Shown here: piece after piece, positions 60,294 through 64,000 of the stretch
Position numbering within the stretch: position 1 is the first letter of the stretch
Layout of the letters: each line of letters opens with the position of its first letter
Assembly: GCA_965204355.1 (NCBI GenBank)
Contig: OZ241983.1
Span: 500,483 to 564,482, forward strand
DNA length: 64,000 bases
Direction of reading: 5' to 3'
Origin: Candidatus Poribacteria bacterium
GTDB taxonomy: Bacteria > Poribacteria > WGA-4E > PCPOR2b
Made by a program: the position numbers and the translations under genes
Notes under the pieces: model-generated
Told to the model about the DNA's origin: nothing
What the model saw: only the letters and a program-made list of their open reading frames with translations
The model's database searches: none

Positions 60294-63200
60294 ATGGAAG
60301 GATGGAACCAATCTTCCATCTTTGCTTCCGCTTGCATCTTGATTCGATGGGCGCTTTCGGTCTGTAGTTTATTTGTAATTTTTTCACAACCCATCTACGC
60401 TGAACAATATGCCATCCTCGTGGGCGTTTGGGACTATGAAAATCCAAACTTACAGCTTGATGCTCCGCCAAACGACTTGAAGCTGATGGAAGCGGTGCTC
60501 TCGGCACAGGGCGTCACACAGGAACAGATGCACATCCTCCCCAATCCGAACAAGGCACAGATTCAGCGTAAATTCCGGGAACTCAGCCGACGCCTGACCC
60601 CTTCCGATAGCCTGCTTTTTTATTTTAGTGGGCATGGGACGCAGATAATTGACAAACTCGGAACTTTTCCCGGGGATGAAGCGAAAGGGCGATACCCGGA
60701 CAGGAACGATGAAGCGCTGTTGCCTGTGGACGCGGATCTGGCATCACCCAAGACGTACCTATTGGATGACGAACTCAATACCTTACTCCAAGAACTACCG
60801 ACGCAGCAGGTCTCCTGCATTATTGACACATGCTACTCCGGCGACATACTTCGAGAGATTCGTCTGGGACGGCCCAAAGGCTCGCCGGTGGCGGACACCC
60901 CAACGGGGATCGTTCAACCTACCCAGATTGTAAGCCATACGGAGGACATCTTAGATGAATCCGCCGATTTTGCGCTGCTGTTAGCGGCTGCTGCCTACAA
61001 TCAGGTTGTTCACGAACTACGCATCCCGATTGGCAAGACCTATCTCCCTGTCAGCGCGATGACCTATTCCCTCTATCGACGGGTGTTTTCCCGGTTGCAA
61101 AATCCTGCAAATGGGGCGATTGGGGGGCAAGGGTCCGGTGGACTGACGTATCGACAACTTGTTCAGCACGTTCAGAACGATCATAGGCAGTGGAATTTGG
61201 CGTGGCAGCCTGTCCTTGAGGGTCCGGAGGATCGCTTCGATGAAACGTTTCTCCCTAATGGTTTAATGGTACATCAGGAGAAAATGTTAACCCTCACGAC
61301 GATAAAGGGACAGTCGATAGCGGTGAGCCAGCGGGCGTTGGCGCTTGCCGGCGGTGGCAGTTTCCAACTGGGTGCCGCAAGTGGTGTTAACACCCGACAT
61401 TGGGCGATTGTTATCGGCGTGGATACCTACCCATCCCCCTTCCAGTCGCTCAAGTATGCCGCCGATGATGCCAAAGCGGTCGCGCAGGTGCTCCAAGACG
61501 CAGGAGCCAACGTGACGTTGATGACACCCGATAGCCTAATTCAACCAACGAAAGCGAATGTAATTAAACAACTCCAACGACATGCTCAACTTGAAGCGGT
61601 GGATCTGCTGACCGTTTATCTTTCCGGGCATGGAGAGGATGTCAATGGAACAGGTTACTTCCTGCCGATGGATGTCACCGATCCACTCATGGACAGTGGG
61701 CTGAGTCTCGAAGATCTCTTTGCGATTCTCAACAGCGCAAACGCCAAACATCGCTTTGTCATTGTTGATGCGTGCCGTGTGGCACCAAAGGAGCAGTTTG
61801 TTGTAGCGTTGTCGCGTTATAGTGAGGAGAGTAACATCATCTTCACCGCGTGTGATAGCAACCAGTGGGCACCTGAAGTGCCGCGCCTGAAACATGGGTT
61901 GTTTACCTACTTCTTGCTCAAAGGGTTGCGCGGCGACTACCAAGACCGGGGCGCAGCGGGTCCCGATGGGACTGTCACGGTATTGGGGTTATTGGATTAT
62001 GTGACACGCGGCATCGAAGATTGGCACTCCCACCTGTCCGAAGAGCAACACTACCCGCAGCAGATTACGCCCCGCGTTTTTTATAACGGGAAATATATTT
62101 CACTGTTAAACAACCACGGAATTGATCCGCCGGTGATCAATAACGAAGGGCTGCCGCCCCGAATTGCCAACGTTTCTCCAATTCAACCCACCCGTGATTT
62201 AGAGTCATTCCCTCCCTCGGAGAAGAGTGGTGGTATTGCGTCGCCAAACGCAAAAGGCGATGATTTACATCTACCTATGACAATTTCACTGATTCCGTGG
62301 ATAAGCACTGCCGGATTTCAAGATCCTAACCGCAATATCACAACGAACCTTTCCCTCAACATCATCGCGGGCTATCATACGAAACTTGATGGGCTTGAAT
62401 TGGGTGGAGTTTTGAACATAAAGGGAGTTGAAGTACAGGGTATACAAGTTGCCGGAGTCGGCAATATCGTCGGTAGGGATGTAGATGGTTTTCAGATCTC
62501 GGGCGGACTCAACGCTGCGGGTAGAGACGTGGAGGGTTTCCAAGCCTCGGGAGGGCTTAACGTCAGCGGCAGGGATCTCGACGGCTTTCAAGGGGCTGGT
62601 GGGGGTAATTTTGTGGGTCGCGACCTCCAGGGATTGCAGATTAGCTCCGGGCTAAATCTCGTTGGGAGAAATGTGTTAAGTCAAGGTCTACAAATCGCAG
62701 CAGGACTCAACATTGCAGGGACTTTAGAGGGAACACAAATCAGCGCAGCCGCTAATATCGCGCTTGGTCGGGACCAAGAAGCAAACATCCCGTACGCCGG
62801 CACACAGATTGGGGTGGTCAATATTGCGCGCGGCATGATTGGCACACAGATTGGACTTCTCAACATCGCTGGGCATGTGGGTACGACACAGGTGGGGCTT
62901 CTCAACGTCTCCGGACGGATGTCCGGCCTCCCGATAGGATTAATCAGTTTTGTTAAGAATAACCCGCTGCATCTGCAACTGTGGGGTAGCGATACGGAGG
63001 TCGCAAACCTTGGGATTCGACTCGGTAGCCGGCACGTTTACAGTCTGTTGATGGTCGGCAGTTATCCGCACGGCGATTTGGGCAGATGGTCGTCTGGGTT
63101 TGGTGTCGGTGGGCATATTCCACTTAGCAAGCGACTTTTTCTGAACGTTGACTTTATTACGCGTGGGGTGGCTTATACCGACGAGTCGGGGGAGAACACG

Positions 63201-63485
63201 GCTATCCGACAACCCACGAGCAGTTTGGTACGAGTGACTTATACCGACAAGTTGGGGGAGAACACTTGGGAGTATGGCGAACAGGCCGTCTTGAACAAAC
63301 TGCGCCTTGCGTTCGGCTGGGAGCAGCACAAGTGGTTCAGTGTCTTTGGTGGTGTTTCACTCAACGTCCTCGTCTCGGATAGACGGGACACTTCGGATTT
63401 TGGATACGGATTTGAGCACGTATATCGAAGCGATGATACGACCGTTCGGATTTGGCCCGGGTTCTTTGCGGGGGTTCAGTTTTGA
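60294..63485 (+). CDS. double caspase-domain (peptidase C14) protein with beta-solenoid-like repeat region and C-terminal outer-membrane-barrel-like tail
   Basis: Signal peptide. Caspase domain 1 (YAILVGVWDY...FYFSGHGTQ...CIIDTCYSG). Caspase domain 2 (WAIVIGVDTY...VYLSGHGED...FVIVDACRV). ~25 degenerate 10-11-aa repeats (GxQ[IV]xGGLN[IV]xGR...). The protein ends ...FFAGVQF. Start set at MEGWNQ (60294); the ORF could start at 60246. Confidence 0.6.
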   Translation: MEGWNQSSIFASACILIRWALSVCSLFVIFSQPIYAEQYAILVGVWDYENPNLQLDAPPNDLKLMEAVLSAQGVTQEQMHILPNPNKAQIQRKFRELSRRLTPSDSLLFYFSGHGTQIIDKLGTFPGDEAKGRYPDRNDEALLPVDADLASPKTYLLDDELNTLLQELPTQQVSCIIDTCYSGDILREIRLGRPKGSPVADTPTGIVQPTQIVSHTEDILDESADFALLLAAAAYNQVVHELRIPIGKTYLPVSAMTYSLYRRVFSRLQNPANGAIGGQGSGGLTYRQLVQHVQNDHRQWNLAWQPVLEGPEDRFDETFLPNGLMVHQEKMLTLTTIKGQSIAVSQRALALAGGGSFQLGAASGVNTRHWAIVIGVDTYPSPFQSLKYAADDAKAVAQVLQDAGANVTLMTPDSLIQPTKANVIKQLQRHAQLEAVDLLTVYLSGHGEDVNGTGYFLPMDVTDPLMDSGLSLEDLFAILNSANAKHRFVIVDACRVAPKEQFVVALSRYSEESNIIFTACDSNQWAPEVPRLKHGLFTYFLLKGLRGDYQDRGAAGPDGTVTVLGLLDYVTRGIEDWHSHLSEEQHYPQQITPRVFYNGKYISLLNNHGIDPPVINNEGLPPRIANVSPIQPTRDLESFPPSEKSGGIASPNAKGDDLHLPMTISLIPWISTAGFQDPNRNITTNLSLNIIAGYHTKLDGLELGGVLNIKGVEVQGIQVAGVGNIVGRDVDGFQISGGLNAAGRDVEGFQASGGLNVSGRDLDGFQGAGGGNFVGRDLQGLQISSGLNLVGRNVLSQGLQIAAGLNIAGTLEGTQISAAANIALGRDQEANIPYAGTQIGVVNIARGMIGTQIGLLNIAGHVGTTQVGLLNVSGRMSGLPIGLISFVKNNPLHLQLWGSDTEVANLGIRLGSRHVYSLLMVGSYPHGDLGRWSSGFGVGGHIPLSKRLFLNVDFITRGVAYTDESGENTAIRQPTSSLVRVTYTDKLGENTWEYGEQAVLNKLRLAFGWEQHKWFSVFGGVSLNVLVSDRRDTSDFGYGFEHVYRSDDTTVRIWPGFFAGVQF

Positions 63486-63535
63486 GTTCAGGCTGTTGCA
63501 GATTCGCCATCGGCTGGGATGGTGCTTCCTGCACT

Positions 63536-64000
63536 TTATTCGTTAGCCCAATCCAACAGTGCTTTATCGGGTGATGGGATATCGTTGATGGAGGTGTAGT
63601 AATAGCGTTCCCAGTTGAGTTGGGGTAACCCTGTGAAGATCATCAGGTTGAGTGGGTATTCATCGGTATCGGCGGCACGTCGAAAATCGTCCCGAAACAG
63701 GAAAGTAGGCTTGCCGAGCGCTATCGCTATCCCTAGCTCAATCATGACCCCCTCATCCGGCGGGACTCCGTTCACGACGGCAAAAATTGCGTCCGCATCG
63801 AATACATCCTGTTTGTCCTTTTGTCCGAGTCTGTACGCCCAACCGGGTGAAAATCTGTCCTGGTTATTTCGTTCAAACGGCTCCCATACTTCTAAGCCAA
63901 CCGCTTCCAATGCCTTAACGAGAGCGGGTAACACGGTTTTTCGCTGCTGCTCTGAGAAGCCGTAGGGATTTGCGAGATATATTGTCTTTTTTTTCGTTAC
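63536..64000 (-). CDS. nucleoside 2-deoxyribosyltransferase-like protein (5' end beyond window)
   Basis: ...KTIYLANPYGFSEQQRKTVLPALVKAL...DADAIFAVVNGVPPDEGVMIELGIAIALGKPTFLF matches the PF05014 pattern (N-terminal KxIYLAGP, central E-x-G). The reading frame stays open to the window end. Confidence 0.45.
   Translation of the reverse strand, partial: VTKKKTIYLANPYGFSEQQRKTVLPALVKALEAVGLEVWEPFERNNQDRFSPGWAYRLGQKDKQDVFDADAIFAVVNGVPPDEGVMIELGIAIALGKPTFLFRDDFRRAADTDEYPLNLMIFTGLPQLNWERYYYTSINDIPSPDKALLDWANE

Noticed and set aside
1-64000. CRISPR array, rRNA or tRNA genes
   Set aside because: There are no spaced direct-repeat arrays. The only tandem repeats (53203-53292) are contiguous 27-mers with no spacers. 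I found no sequence resembling 16S, 23S or 5S rRNA or a cloverleaf tRNA.

Overview
This 64 kb window comes from a bacterium of roughly 50-55% GC. Several protein features hint at a PVC-like or candidate-phylum lineage, but I do not assign a taxon: planctomycete-type cytochrome c modules, a C-terminal sorting domain of the type IX secretion system (T9SS), and expanded families of phytanoyl-CoA dioxygenase (PhyH)-like dioxygenases.

Positions 1-17639 hold a highly conserved ribosomal superoperon on the minus strand. It runs from the end of the str operon (rpsL-rpsG-fusA-tuf) through the S10, spc and alpha operons. The order is rpsJ, rplC, rplD, rplW, rplB, rpsS, rplV, rpsC, rplP, rpmC, rpsQ, rplN, rplX, rplE, rpsZ, rpsH, rplF, rplR, rpsE, rplO, secY, rpmJ, rpsM, rpsK, rpsD and the start of rpoA. 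Ribosomal protein L30, infA and adk are absent from it.

Next come a MoxR-like AAA+ ATPase, three tandem PhyH-family Fe(II)/2-oxoglutarate dioxygenases and a beta-propeller glycoside-hydrolase-like gene.

Positions ~23.8-31.3 kb look like a horizontally acquired defense island, visibly more AT-rich than its surroundings. It carries:
- a type II Thoeris pair, with a ThsB protein bearing a TIR-like domain overlapping by 4 bp a ThsA protein made of two transmembrane helices plus a Macro-like domain;
- a frameshifted glycine-zipper small ORF;
- an HExxH metallopeptidase-like gene 3 bp downstream of a gene resembling the Abi-alpha family of abortive-infection proteins;
- a HEPN-motif (Rx5H) abortive-infection-like gene;
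- a beta-class DNA amino-methyltransferase fused to a C-terminal HNH nuclease.

A plus-strand operon follows. It holds a sugar-phosphate isomerase-like TIM barrel, a 674-aa protein of unknown function, a BKACE/DUF849 beta-keto-acid cleavage enzyme, a hotdog thioesterase-like gene and a GMC oxidoreductase. Together these suggest catabolism of a beta-hydroxy-acid or carnitine-like compound.

Beyond it are an MFS transporter, a MetE-C-like gene, a Macro-domain gene, a hydantoinase A gene, a CocE/NonD hydrolase and a Uma2 nuclease. A 1.39k-aa secreted giant protein follows, with cytochrome c, leucine-rich-repeat, cohesin and dockerin domains and a T9SS C-terminal sorting domain. After it come an aldo-keto reductase, a creatininase, an enolase-superfamily gene and an amidohydrolase.

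The last block holds an ECF sigma factor, a lipoprotein, a TonB-dependent-receptor-like outer-membrane protein and a zf-HC2 anti-sigma factor. It ends with a 1.06k-aa protein carrying two caspase domains, a beta-solenoid repeat region and an outer-membrane-barrel-like tail. A nucleoside 2-deoxyribosyltransferase-like gene is truncated at the window edge.

Three families of short palindromic intergenic repeats (REP-like elements) are scattered through the window. One unit of the third family lies in frame inside the hydantoinase coding sequence.

I found no rRNA, tRNA or CRISPR array.
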